A stretch of DNA of 64,000 nucleotides from a virus, in the IMG/VR virus record IMGVR_UViG_3300045996_003734, positions 32,001-96,000 of that record. One strand, given 5' to 3'. Every line of letters starts with the position of its first letter. Position 1 is the stretch's first letter. A program made the position numbers and the translations under genes. Shown one piece after another: positions 45,968-55,684 of this stretch. The notes below the pieces were generated by a model. It was given only the letters and a program-made list of their open reading frames with translations. It was not told where the DNA came from and did not search any database.

Positions 45968-47109
45968 TGCGCCTTCTCGCCTCCGGCGACAACCACTTCG
46001 CCGAGCACCTGCGCTTCGACGAGTGCATCAAGGTCCACGCCTCGATGGTCGAGCAGGCGCGCGACGTGAAAGCCGACGTCTTCTTGGACAGCGGCGACGT
46101 CTTCGACGCTGCGAGCACCCCGCGCGAGCGACAGGCCGTCGCTGAGTGGATCGTGGCGATGGCCGAGGTTTGCCCGGTCGTATTTGCGAAGGGCAACCAC
46201 GACCGCCCCCTCGACGTCGCGCTCATGCGCCGCTTGTCGACGAAGCACCCGGTGATCGTCGAGGAGGGCGCCGCCGTCCACCACGTCGCCGGGGCTGCAA
46301 TCGCGGTGATGGCGTGGCCCGAGCGCGCCCACCTGCTCGCGGCGCTGGGTAGCGCGGCGGCTGCGGACCTCGGCATGCGAGAGGCGCTCCAGGGCGTGCT
46401 GCGCGGCCTCGGCCAGCAGCTCGAGCAGCACGACGGGCCGCGCGTCCTGCTCGGTCATTTCATGGTCGACGGCTCCGTCGCGAGCACCGGTCAGCCCTTG
46501 CTCGGAATGCCGATCAACGTGGGCCTGGCCGACCTGGCGCTGGCGCGCGCTCACCTGACGGTCATGGGCCACATCCACAAGGCCCAGAGCTGGGAGCTCG
46601 AGACGGGGCCCGCCATCTACACGGGCTCGCCTTTCCGGACGGACTTCGGCCAGCTCGAGCGCAAGAGCATCCTGTTCGCCGAGTTCGACGGGCAGCGACT
46701 GCTCCGCACGGAGGAGCTGGAGACGCCGTGCACGCCGATGGTGCACATGGACGGGTCGCTTGAGCGCGTCGCGGGCAGAGCGTTCTTCGCGGTAGGGCCC
46801 CACGCCGACGTGCGTGGCGCCGAGATCCGACTGCGATACAGCGTCGCGCCAGAGGATCGCGACACCGTCCGCCACCTTGCCGACGAGGCGAAGAGCGAGC
46901 TGATTGCTCGCGGCGCGCACAGCGTGAAGGTCGAAGAGGTCGTGATCGCAGAGCGCCGCGCGCGCGCTCCGGAGGTCGCGAAGGCGACGAGTGTGCAGGA
47001 CAAGCTGGACGCGCACTGGCTCTCGCTCGGGTACGACCCGGGGGGGCAGCGCGGGGAGCTGCATGTGATGGCCGCGGAGTTGGAGCAGGAGGTGGCGAAT
47101 GCGTCTTGA
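45967..47109 (+). CDS. sbcD: SbcD/Mre11-like metallophosphoesterase nuclease
   Basis: GDNH, GDVFD, GNHD, GHIH, YTGS. Confidence 0.92.
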   Translation: MRLLASGDNHFAEHLRFDECIKVHASMVEQARDVKADVFLDSGDVFDAASTPRERQAVAEWIVAMAEVCPVVFAKGNHDRPLDVALMRRLSTKHPVIVEEGAAVHHVAGAAIAVMAWPERAHLLAALGSAAAADLGMREALQGVLRGLGQQLEQHDGPRVLLGHFMVDGSVASTGQPLLGMPINVGLADLALARAHLTVMGHIHKAQSWELETGPAIYTGSPFRTDFGQLERKSILFAEFDGQRLLRTEELETPCTPMVHMDGSLERVAGRAFFAVGPHADVRGAEIRLRYSVAPEDRDTVRHLADEAKSELIARGAHSVKVEEVVIAERRARAPEVAKATSVQDKLDAHWLSLGYDPGGQRGELHVMAAELEQEVANAS

Positions 47110-49528
47110 AAAAGCCGTGTGGCACAACATGGGCCCGCACCGGGATTGGACCCTCGACCTGACGGAGCTGGACCCCTCGGCGAAGCTGGTGGCGCTGGTC
47201 GGCAAGAACGGCCGCGGCAAGAGCTTCAGCTTGGAGAGCGCGGTGGCCGGCGCCTGCTACGGCAGCATGCCCACGCAAGGCTCTGTGGTGAAGCGCGCCA
47301 CGGCGGCGGACAGCTACCTCGAAAGCACGCTCGTGCACGCCGGAGCGCGGTACCGCATCCGCCACTTGGCGAACGCCTCCACCGGCAAGGGCGAGGTGCT
47401 CTGCCAGGTGGACGACGGCACGGGCCGTTTCGTGCCGGCCTACGAGGGAGGCACCGGCATCAAGCTCTTCAAGGCGGAAGCCGCTCGTCGGCTGCCAGAT
47501 CCGGACGTGCTCTTCGCGAGCATCTTCGCCGCCCAGCAGAGCGAGGGCTTCGTGAAGATGAGCTCCGGAGACCGCATCGGAGTCATTCTCCGAGTGCTCG
47601 GGGTGGCGAAGTTCGAGCGCATGGCTGAGGCCGCGCGGAAGCGGAAGGCCGCCGCCGCTGACCAGCTCGCCGCGCTCGGGCGACGCATCGCCGACATTCG
47701 AGGCGGCAGCAAGGGCGTCGCCGCGTGCGAGGCCGACCTCGCTGTAGCGACCGAGGCCGTGGCGGAACTGCGGCGCGCAGCCAGCGAGGCGGAGACCGCG
47801 GTGACCGATGGCAAGGAGCGGGACGCCGAGGTCCGCGTGCTCACGGCCCAGCGTGACGCGGCCGTGCGCGAGCTCGCGGCGCTCCAGCAGCAGCTCGGAG
47901 AGGCCTCGCGCCAGCTGGCCGACACGGCCGTGAAGGTGCGGAACAACCGCGCCGTTCTCGCCGACGCCGAGAACATCCGCAAGGCCGCGGCATCGGTGGT
48001 CCAGCTCGAGCACCAGCTCCAGGGGCACGAGCTGGCGCTGGCGAAGACCCAGGCCGAGCTCGACGGGATGCGTGCTCGGGGTCGCGACGCCGCGACGGCA
48101 ATCGAAGCCGCGTCGACTCGCGCCAACCGCGCTCGGGCGCGCGCGGCCGACGCACCGAAAGTGCAAGCCGCGAAGGAGGCTCTGCCCGGACTGCGGGACG
48201 CGCTCGACGAGGCTGAAGCGGAGGTCACGCGAGCAACCGCCAAGTTCGAAGAGGTGCAGAGCGCTCACGTGGCCGGATCTGGCGAGCGCATCACGGCGCT
48301 GCGCCGCCATATCAGCACGGCGCGCACGCTGGCTCACGACCGCGCGGACCACGAGCGGATCCATCAGACCCTGGGTGATGCCATCGAAGGGGACGACGCG
48401 GCGGTGCTCGCGGCGCAGCAGACCCCGACGCTTGTGCAGGAAGCGAGCAGCCGCGTGGGGGATGCTCGCGTGAACGCGCAGCACGCGCGAGCGGCCCTCT
48501 TCGCGGCGGAGAAGCTCGCCGCCCGAAGCGCTGAGGTCGACTCCGCCGAGCAAGAGCTCCGCGAGGCGACCGCCGAGGTGCAACGGCTTCTCGGCCAGGG
48601 GCAGATCGTGACCGAGCGCGCTGAGGACAAGGTCGTAGAGCTGACCAACGCCATCGCCGCGAACCAGCAGATGCAGGCCGCCCTCCGCCCCCTCGCCTCC
48701 AAAGTCGCCCCGCTCGACAACGCTGAGGCACGGCTGGCGGCGCTCCTGCCGGTGATCGAGCAGCAGGGCGCAGACGTTGCTCGGCTGGAGGCCGCCATCG
48801 CCGCGCTGCCGGCGCTCGACGTCGTGCCCGTGCGCCCGAACCTCCCCGCCCTCCAAGCCTCCCTGGAGAGCGCGCAGCAAGCCCTCCGCGTCGCCGAGGG
48901 CACCGTTTCCCGGGCGCAGGCGGCGCTCGATCGCGCCCGCGAGGTGGAAGCGCAGGTGGCTGGCCTCGAGGCGGAGGCGGCCACCACGCAGACCGTCCTG
49001 GAGCGCGCCAGCCGGCTCGCCCTCGACCTCGGCCGCGACGGCATTCAGAGCGCCGAGGTCGACTCCGCCGGCCCCGAGCTGACCGAGCTCATCAACGACT
49101 TGCTCCACACCTGCCAAGGCCCCCGCTTCACCGTCTCGGTCGAGACGCAGCGAGCCTCGGCCGACGGCAAGAAGACGATCGAAGAATGCAACATCCGCGT
49201 CATCGACACCGTCGCCGGTACCGACAAGGAGATCGCGGAGCACTCCGGCGGAGAGCGCGTGATCCTCGGGGAAGCGGTGAGCCTCGCCCTCACCATGCTC
49301 GCCTGCCGCCGCGCCGGGTGGGAGCGCCCTACCCTCATCCGCGACGAGAGCGCCGCCGCCCTGGACCCCGGGAACGCCCGGGCGTGGGTAGCCATGATGC
49401 GCCGCGCGGTCGAGCTCACAGGCGCCGACCGCCTGCTCTTCGTGAGCCACAGCCCCGACGTGGTGGAGATGGCCGACGCTCAGATCGAAGTGGGCGCGCC
49501 GAGCGCGACGGAAGCGAGGGCAGCGTGA
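47099..49528 (+). CDS. sbcC: SbcC/Rad50-like ABC ATPase
   Basis: GKNGRGKS, coiled coil, HSGGE, LIRDE, VSH. Confidence 0.92.
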   Translation: MRLEKAVWHNMGPHRDWTLDLTELDPSAKLVALVGKNGRGKSFSLESAVAGACYGSMPTQGSVVKRATAADSYLESTLVHAGARYRIRHLANASTGKGEVLCQVDDGTGRFVPAYEGGTGIKLFKAEAARRLPDPDVLFASIFAAQQSEGFVKMSSGDRIGVILRVLGVAKFERMAEAARKRKAAAADQLAALGRRIADIRGGSKGVAACEADLAVATEAVAELRRAASEAETAVTDGKERDAEVRVLTAQRDAAVRELAALQQQLGEASRQLADTAVKVRNNRAVLADAENIRKAAASVVQLEHQLQGHELALAKTQAELDGMRARGRDAATAIEAASTRANRARARAADAPKVQAAKEALPGLRDALDEAEAEVTRATAKFEEVQSAHVAGSGERITALRRHISTARTLAHDRADHERIHQTLGDAIEGDDAAVLAAQQTPTLVQEASSRVGDARVNAQHARAALFAAEKLAARSAEVDSAEQELREATAEVQRLLGQGQIVTERAEDKVVELTNAIAANQQMQAALRPLASKVAPLDNAEARLAALLPVIEQQGADVARLEAAIAALPALDVVPVRPNLPALQASLESAQQALRVAEGTVSRAQAALDRAREVEAQVAGLEAEAATTQTVLERASRLALDLGRDGIQSAEVDSAGPELTELINDLLHTCQGPRFTVSVETQRASADGKKTIEECNIRVIDTVAGTDKEIAEHSGGERVILGEAVSLALTMLACRRAGWERPTLIRDESAAALDPGNARAWVAMMRRAVELTGADRLLFVSHSPDVVEMADAQIEVGAPSATEARAA

Positions 49529-49890
49529 GCGCGCTCTCCAATCGCCTTAAGTGCGCCGTCCACCCGGGCCTTCCCAACCCCGTGACCCGCGTGCCGTTCG
49601 GGCAGGAGTCCCGGAGCAAGGAAGAGGTGGGCCTCCTCGAGGCAGAGCTGCAGGTGGTCGTGGCCGTCGTGGCTGCCGACTTCACCCAGGTGGGCCCGGT
49701 ATCTCGTGAGGACATCGACCGCATCGTGGCCTGCGAGGCCACCAACTACATGGCTCGGCTCGAGCGCAGCGGTTGGGTGGAGGTGGTGGGCGTGCTCCCG
49801 CGGTCCACCAGCAAGCTCTACCGGGCAACGTCGAAGGCTCGGAGGGTGCTTGGGCTCGAGGGTTGGTCGCTGCTCCGGGAGGTCGCGTGA
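49525..49890 (+). CDS. Winged-helix protein
   Basis: MARLERSGWVE...KLYRATSKAR. Confidence 0.6.
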   Translation: MSALSNRLKCAVHPGLPNPVTRVPFGQESRSKEEVGLLEAELQVVVAVVAADFTQVGPVSREDIDRIVACEATNYMARLERSGWVEVVGVLPRSTSKLYRATSKARRVLGLEGWSLLREVA

Positions 49891-50087
49891 TGCACGAGTC
49901 AGAAGAAGACGGCACGGGTCGAAGTCGCCTGCTCACGAACACCTGCAATCGGTGCGGGCGCCACACCGACTCGGTGCGCGTGTTCCCGCCGACGCAGTTC
50001 AGCCCAGCTCAAGCCTACACGCCCCGCTTTTGCCGGGGCTGCGAAGACGTTGTTTCGAATCAGCGGGGCGAGGGGTCTCGTGGCTAA
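49890..50087 (+). CDS. Small Zn-finger protein
   Basis: CxxC...CxxC; coupled. Confidence 0.5.
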   Translation: MHESEEDGTGRSRLLTNTCNRCGRHTDSVRVFPPTQFSPAQAYTPRFCRGCEDVVSNQRGEGSRG

Positions 50088-50358
50088 CCGCCCCTCCCTC
50101 GACCGTCTCGCCGAGCTCGAGACGCTAGCGCCCGACGAGGACTGCCCGCCGGACGCTCGCTTCTCGGTACCTGCCTCGGACCTGCGCGACCTGCTGGCGC
50201 TGATTCCGATGGTGCGAGCCGCCGACCGCGTCGCGGCTGCTGCGAGCGTAGTCAAAGTTCACGCTGTAACCCTGCGCCAGGAAGAGCTCGCCGCCGAGCT
50301 GCTCGGCGCCCTGCTGGAGTACGATCCGCAGATCGTTCTGGGGGCGAGTCGTGGCTGA
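50080..50358 (+). CDS. Hypothetical protein
   Basis: Coupled ORF. Confidence 0.55.
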   Translation: MANRPSLDRLAELETLAPDEDCPPDARFSVPASDLRDLLALIPMVRAADRVAAAASVVKVHAVTLRQEELAAELLGALLEYDPQIVLGASRG

Positions 50359-50671
50359 GAGCACCCCCGACATGTTCGCTATCGGCTCGCTCCGCTGGCC
50401 TGGCCTCTCCAAGGTCGCCGAGGAGTCCGGAGAGGTGGTGCAGGTCATCGGGAAGCTCATGGGCACCGGGGGAGAGCCGGCGCACTGGGACGGCTCGGAC
50501 CTCCGCGTGCGCTTGCAGGAAGAGCTGGGCGACCTGCTCGCGGCCGTCGACTACGTGCTGCGAGTCAACCCGTACGCGCTGAACGAGCTCGAGGTGGCCG
50601 TGCGGCGCAGCCAGAAACTGGAGACGTTCTTGCGGTGGCACCGCCAGCAAGGAGGCCCCGATGCCGGGTGA
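50351..50671 (+). CDS. MazG-like nucleotide pyrophosphohydrolase
   Basis: KVAEESGEV...LQEELGDL. Confidence 0.82.
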   Translation: MAESTPDMFAIGSLRWPGLSKVAEESGEVVQVIGKLMGTGGEPAHWDGSDLRVRLQEELGDLLAAVDYVLRVNPYALNELEVAVRRSQKLETFLRWHRQQGGPDAG

Positions 50672-51176
50672 CGCTCGCTACTCGCGCTGGATCCACACGC
50701 AGCCGTGCGCGGTCTGCGACACGACGTTGCAGGTCGAAGGCCACCACTCGCTCTACGGCACCACGTACAGCCCGGAGGACGCGCGGCCGACGAAGGCCAT
50801 CGAGGGCGCCCGCAAGGGCATGGCCCAGAAAAGCCACGACTACTTCCTCATCCCGCTGTGCTTGAAGCACCACGAGCCCGGCATCCACCAGCTGGGGAAC
50901 TACTTCGAGGGCTGGTCCCGCGCGGAGGCCAACGCTTGGGAGGAGGAGCAGGTCGGCATCCACCGGAACCGCTACGCCATGCAAGCCCCCGCACCTGCGG
51001 CGGCTCCCGCGCGCGCCACCCGCCCCGTCAAAGCCACCAGCTCCCTCGAGCGGGAGCGCGTGCTCGAGCAGATCGAAACCTGGGCAGGAGCCCGACGCCT
51101 GAAAGCCGAGGAGCACCAGCTCATCCACGACTTGGTCAACGACTTGAGGGCGGAGTCGCCCGGGAAGCAATTCTGA
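50661..51176 (+). CDS. DUF968/HNH-like Zn protein
   Basis: WIHTQPCAVC...HH...KSHD...PLC..HH. Confidence 0.75.
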   Translation: MPGDARYSRWIHTQPCAVCDTTLQVEGHHSLYGTTYSPEDARPTKAIEGARKGMAQKSHDYFLIPLCLKHHEPGIHQLGNYFEGWSRAEANAWEEEQVGIHRNRYAMQAPAPAAAPARATRPVKATSSLERERVLEQIETWAGARRLKAEEHQLIHDLVNDLRAESPGKQF

Positions 51177-51769
51177 TGGCTAGCCTCTTCAACCGCCACA
51201 TCGCGAAGCTCTTGCCGTCGCTGACCTGGCGCCACTTCGGCGTCGGCGCGCTACAGGCCTACCTGTCCGAGGACGGACGGCTCGAGCAGCGGCTCCACAT
51301 CTGGCACCCGAGCCTGATTCGGTCGGGCATCCAAGGGCGCGGGGACTGCCACAACCACCGCTTTTCGTTCGTTTCGCAGGTGCTTTGCGGCGCCATCGTG
51401 AACGAACAGTGGGACCTCCGAGCCTTTGAGGCCGGCGACTACGCACTCTACGAGGTCGAGCACGCTCGTGCCGCGCTGCAGCGCACCGGCGCTTTCGACT
51501 GCGACTACCGCCTGGTCGCCCGCTGTCACGCCGCACCCATCGGCCGGACCTGGACCCACGCGGGCGGCTCCTACGAATTCGAGCGTGGCGCCTTTCACCG
51601 CACAAGCTGCCTCGGTCTGACCGTCACGCTGGTCACCAAATTCGACCAGCAGGAGGAGCGAGCGCGCATCCTGTGCCCGCACGGTGAGCGCCTCGTGCAG
51701 GCCTTCGGCGGTCCCAAGCCTGATGTCCAGGCGGTGCTGCGCGACGCGCAGGAGGCTCTTTGCCGATGA
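51176..51769 (+). CDS. Cupin (cysteine-dioxygenase-like) protein
   Basis: RLHIW...HNHRFSFVSQVLCG...FHR. Confidence 0.7.
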   Translation: MASLFNRHIAKLLPSLTWRHFGVGALQAYLSEDGRLEQRLHIWHPSLIRSGIQGRGDCHNHRFSFVSQVLCGAIVNEQWDLRAFEAGDYALYEVEHARAALQRTGAFDCDYRLVARCHAAPIGRTWTHAGGSYEFERGAFHRTSCLGLTVTLVTKFDQQEERARILCPHGERLVQAFGGPKPDVQAVLRDAQEALCR

Positions 51770-51948
51770 AGCGCACCTATCCTCGCTGGGCCTGCACCCA
51801 CACTCGCTTCGCTTGGGAGGGCTCTCCGTACGAGGCTTGTCCGGGCTGCCGCAACCAGGTGCGCCGCTTCTTCCGGCATTGGTCGGCCCTCACCCTGGCC
51901 GTCGGCATCGCGTTCTTGGTGCTCTGCGCCGCGGCAGGTGCCAGGTGA
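51766..51948 (+). CDS. Small membrane protein
   Basis: CxH..CxxC plus a TM helix. Confidence 0.5.
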   Translation: MKRTYPRWACTHTRFAWEGSPYEACPGCRNQVRRFFRHWSALTLAVGIAFLVLCAAAGAR

Positions 51949-52574
51949 GCGGCGACCCCAAAAAGGCTGTGATTGAAGAGTCCGGCAAGTGCATCGGCTG
52001 GGTCTGCGTGGCCTGCAGCCGGCTGCACACCACGGCCATTTACCTCGCGAAGGACGAGGAAGCAGCGGCCGCGGCGCTTGATGCCGCAACACGATGCTGC
52101 GTCACACCGCTGTGCGCGTGCGGAGCGGAGGCCAAGGTCTACGCCAAGCTGTGCTCGAAGTGCTGGCGCGCCGAGCAGGACGCGAAGGACGACGCCCGCT
52201 GGGAAGCGGCGCCGAAGAAGACAATCGCGGAGTACCTGGCGGAGCACCCGGACGGCTTCCTCTCGGACGGTGACGAGAAGTTTTGGCCGGTCAGCGACTA
52301 CATCGACGATGAGGCTTATCTTCGGCACCCACGCGTGTGGTTTTGCGAGCCGAGGCGCGGAATCAAGCTCGACGCCGACGACATCACCGAATCGTGGGCG
52401 GACGACCGGCACGAGGACGCCCGAGACGATCTCGACCTGAAGGGCCTCCAAGAGCTGCTCGACAGGTGGTGCGCGGAGCAGGTGACCACCAGCTGGTACG
52501 TCGACGGCAGCGCGCTGGACCCCGCGGAGGTCGAGCGACTCCGCGAGGACGCAGCCGCACCGGAGGCCACGTGA
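51945..52574 (+). CDS. Cys-rich hypothetical phage protein
   Basis: CxxC, CC, CxC, CxxC; acidic C-terminus. Confidence 0.65.
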   Translation: MSGDPKKAVIEESGKCIGWVCVACSRLHTTAIYLAKDEEAAAAALDAATRCCVTPLCACGAEAKVYAKLCSKCWRAEQDAKDDARWEAAPKKTIAEYLAEHPDGFLSDGDEKFWPVSDYIDDEAYLRHPRVWFCEPRRGIKLDADDITESWADDRHEDARDDLDLKGLQELLDRWCAEQVTTSWYVDGSALDPAEVERLREDAAAPEAT

Positions 52575-52765
52575 CCGCCATCGGCAAGGTGCACGAGCTC
52601 GACGCCTCGGGCCTCTTCGACAGCAACCACCGCCACGCGGGGCTAGTCGTCGTCACCATCACCTGCACTCACGAGCAGGCCGAAGCGTGGGGGCTCCTTT
52701 GGGGCCATCACGTCCAGGCGCTCCCATTCATCCCACCTGCCGAGCGCGGCTCGGAGAAGCGCTGA
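52571..52765 (+). CDS. Small hypothetical protein
   Basis: GGAGG-GTG; coupled. Confidence 0.5.
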   Translation: MTAIGKVHELDASGLFDSNHRHAGLVVVTITCTHEQAEAWGLLWGHHVQALPFIPPAERGSEKR

Positions 52766-52767
52766 TC

Positions 52768-52995
52768 ATGCCCGACGAAACCGAGACTGACGAGACGAGA
52801 GGAACGACCGTGATGCACAAGGAAACCGGAGCCGTGGCCACGTTCGAGACGAAGACCGATGCGGACGCCGCCGGCTACACCGTGCCGCTCTCGCAGGACC
52901 AATACGACATGGCCCTGCACATGAACCGCAAGCAGCGCCGCGCGTGGGCGGCGCAGCAGCGGGGCGCGAAGAAGCCGAAAGCGGTGGCGTCTTGA
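52768..52995 (+). CDS. Small hypothetical protein
   Basis: MPDETE...MNRKQRR. Confidence 0.55.
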   Translation: MPDETETDETRGTTVMHKETGAVATFETKTDADAAGYTVPLSQDQYDMALHMNRKQRRAWAAQQRGAKKPKAVAS

Positions 52996-54770
52996 GCTCG
53001 GCTCTGGCCGTTTCCGAGGCCGTCGTCGACTACCCCCTGGCCGCAATTCTCGACCCGACGATCAAAAACTACCGCACCAACTTCCGCGGCATCGAAGAGC
53101 TGGAGGCCTCCGTCCGAGAGTCGGGCATTCGGGTGCCGCTCGTGCTCCGCCCCTCCCCCCTCACGCCCGACGCGCACGAGCTCGCAATCGGCGCGCGCCG
53201 ACGCGAGGCTGCCCGACGAGCGGGCCTCGAGACGGTGCCCGTCATCATCCGCGAGCTCACGGACGAGGAGGTGCACACCGAACGCGCGATAGAGAACCTG
53301 CAGCGCGTTGACCCCGACCCCTTGGACGAGGCCGACGGCTTCGCTGCGATGGTCAAGCTCGGTTGGTCGGAGGGGTTGATCGCGACCCGGCTCGGCAAGC
53401 CGACTCGCTACGTGGTCGAGCGCCTCGCGCTCTGTAACCTCTGCGAGGAGGGCCGCAAGGCACTCACCGAGGGGCACATGCTGGTGGGCGTCGCCATCGA
53501 GGTCGCCAAGCTCGCGCCGTCGCTGCAGCCCGAAGCGGTGAAGGAGGTCGGCTCGCACTGGGCAGGCAGCCTCTACACCGTCGCCGACGCTCGAGACGCC
53601 ATCAGCAAGCGCATCATGCTTCGGCTCGACCGAGCCCCGTTCGCGCTCGACGACCCAGCACTGGTCCCCGAGGTGGGCCCCTGCACCACCTGCCGGAAGC
53701 GCACGGGCACCCAGGCGGAGCTGTTCGCCGGCTTCGATGCGGACCTCTGCACCGACAGCGCCTGCCACAAGGGCAAGCTGGATGCGCTCTGGAAGCTCCG
53801 CGTGAAGACCGCCAAGGCCGACGGCGTCACGGTGCTGAGCAAGAAGGACGGGGCGGAGGCGCTCAAGAGCGCGCGCGCCAACTACGGCTCGGGAGCTTTC
53901 GTGCGCCTCGACGAAGAGGTGTACCTCGGAGCCAAGAGGCCCAAGTCCCTCAAGGCAGCGTTCGGGAAGGAGCTGCCGCCCGTCACGCTCGCTCGCGACG
54001 AGGACAGCGGGACACCGGTGGAGCTCGTGCCCCGCAAAGCTGTGGAGGCGCTCCTGAAGGCGCACAGCCCTGCGCGGGGCGGCACGGACCAGTCACCCAA
54101 GGCCGACGCGAAAGCCAAAGCCGAGCGCGAGGCCGAGCGCGTCAAAGCCGAGGTAAACCGCCGCGCGATGACCGCGATCGTGGAGGCTGCCGACGCCGCC
54201 ACCCGCAAGGGTAAGGCGCCCCGCGCGCTGCTCCGCCTGGCCGTCCGTGGCGCCCTGGACTCGGTCTGGACGGACGTCACCAAGAAGGTGGCCGACCGCC
54301 GAGGTCTGCCGCTCACCGACGAAGCGCAGGGCACCACCAGGAAAGGGGCGAAGCGCCAGCTCGAGCGCCTAACTCCAGCCGTGCGCATCGAGCGGCTGCT
54401 GGAGACGCTCGATGAGGGAGCGCTGTTCGCCCTGCTGCTCGAGCTCGCGATGGGCCGCTCCGTGCCGGGCAAGTGGAGCGAGGGGTCGGACTGCTACGTC
54501 GACCTCTGCGCGGAGCTGGGTGTCGACACGAAGGCTCTCGAGAAAGCCGTGAAGGCGGAGCGGAAAGAGAAGGCGCAGGCCAAGACCCCTCCCCGCCCGG
54601 AGCACCCCGCCACCGGGCAGGTGGTCCACTACATCGACCCCACCGGCCTCAGAAAGACGGGCGTGGCTTGCGGCGGCAAGGTCGGAGACGGCAAGGGTAT
54701 CGTTACCGACGACGCCGCGAGGGTCACCTGCAAGAGCTGCGGGCGGACCGCCCGCCTCGAGATCGACTAG
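52992..54770 (+). CDS. Long ParB/Spo0J-family protein
   Basis: GARRREA, IENLQR.D..PLDEA, HTH, CxxC; no ParA nearby. Confidence 0.88.
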   Translation: MSSALAVSEAVVDYPLAAILDPTIKNYRTNFRGIEELEASVRESGIRVPLVLRPSPLTPDAHELAIGARRREAARRAGLETVPVIIRELTDEEVHTERAIENLQRVDPDPLDEADGFAAMVKLGWSEGLIATRLGKPTRYVVERLALCNLCEEGRKALTEGHMLVGVAIEVAKLAPSLQPEAVKEVGSHWAGSLYTVADARDAISKRIMLRLDRAPFALDDPALVPEVGPCTTCRKRTGTQAELFAGFDADLCTDSACHKGKLDALWKLRVKTAKADGVTVLSKKDGAEALKSARANYGSGAFVRLDEEVYLGAKRPKSLKAAFGKELPPVTLARDEDSGTPVELVPRKAVEALLKAHSPARGGTDQSPKADAKAKAEREAERVKAEVNRRAMTAIVEAADAATRKGKAPRALLRLAVRGALDSVWTDVTKKVADRRGLPLTDEAQGTTRKGAKRQLERLTPAVRIERLLETLDEGALFALLLELAMGRSVPGKWSEGSDCYVDLCAELGVDTKALEKAVKAERKEKAQAKTPPRPEHPATGQVVHYIDPTGLRKTGVACGGKVGDGKGIVTDDAARVTCKSCGRTARLEID

Positions 54771-55168
54771 GCGCCTTTTCCGCCGTCCCCGCTTATAAAT
54801 TCCTGGAGGAGTTGTCTCGCGTTCCGCGCGATAGCGAGCGAGCTATTCAGCTGCGCAGACGTAAGGGGGCGCGTGGCGTCGTAGTCCGCGTGCTTCCGAA
54901 GCGTCAGCAATTGTCTGCCGTGATTCGCAAGCTTGGGTGCCTTGCCTGGCTGAAAAGCGAGCTCGTTCCACAGCTTCCCATGCGCTGACGACTCCTTCGT
55001 CGAGACGTCGAGCCCCTTCGATTGGGCGTAGTCACGAGCGGCGTTGTACGTCGCGTAATACGCTCTGCCGACGGCGGTACGTCTCTTGGCCTCGCTCTGC
55101 TCGGTGTCAGCCTGAGTCGCGAGGTCTTCCGCGAGCTGTAAAAAGTCAGCCCACGGGAATGAGCTCAC
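54767..55168 (-). CDS. HEPN-domain protein
   Basis: RTAVGRAYYA...H...RKHADYD. Confidence 0.85.
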   Translation of the reverse strand: MSSFPWADFLQLAEDLATQADTEQSEAKRRTAVGRAYYATYNAARDYAQSKGLDVSTKESSAHGKLWNELAFQPGKAPKLANHGRQLLTLRKHADYDATRPLTSAQLNSSLAIARNARQLLQEFISGDGGKGA

Positions 55169-55682
55169 GCCCCACTCCCATGGCGCCTCGAACGTGCGGT
55201 GGCAGCTGCAGCCACTCCTGGTCGATAACAGCTTCGACCGACGCCCACGCCTGCGCGTCGTCTTCGCGCATCACGACGTTCACCATAAGGAATGCGTCCT
55301 CGGCATCGTCGTCGGGGTTCTTCACCACCTCCAACAATGTTTGGTAGCCGGGCAACGCTGCCTCGACCGCACTCAGGATGTCGTCCACACCTTCACGCAC
55401 GTCCTGCTTTGCGAGAAAAGACGATACGTCGCCCTTCATCGTCGGCGCTAAAGCACGGGTCTTGATCGTTGTACCACCGGCGTCCGCCGTGAAAGGCTCG
55501 GGCCCGCTAGCGCCCGTCTCCGCCCGGCAGATCATCGCGCTCATGGTGGTGCTGTCCGGCCGATAAACGTGCAGGGAGGGCACGTCCGCGCCTGCGGCAG
55601 GCCCGAAACGGCGGTCCCTGGCGACGGCCACAACCGCGCCTCCGCTCACCGTAATCGCTGCGCATACCGTGAAAGCCCACAT
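55146..55682 (-). CDS. Acidic partner of HEPN (antitoxin-like); start uncertain
   Basis: Overlaps the HEPN start; acidic alpha/beta C-terminal part. Confidence 0.6.
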   Translation of the reverse strand: MWAFTVCAAITVSGGAVVAVARDRRFGPAAGADVPSLHVYRPDSTTMSAMICRAETGASGPEPFTADAGGTTIKTRALAPTMKGDVSSFLAKQDVREGVDDILSAVEAALPGYQTLLEVVKNPDDDAEDAFLMVNVVMREDDAQAWASVEAVIDQEWLQLPPHVRGAMGVGRELIPVG

Positions 55683-55684
55683 GG

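Noticed and set aside
44234-54065. Long minus-strand ORFs (44234-45856, 46562-49450, 52875-54065)
   Set aside because: Shadows of the recombination, sbcC and parB-like genes
52992-54770. Plasmid-prophage partition system
   Set aside because: No ParA and no parS-like repeats seen; orphan ParB-like genes are common in prophage early regions
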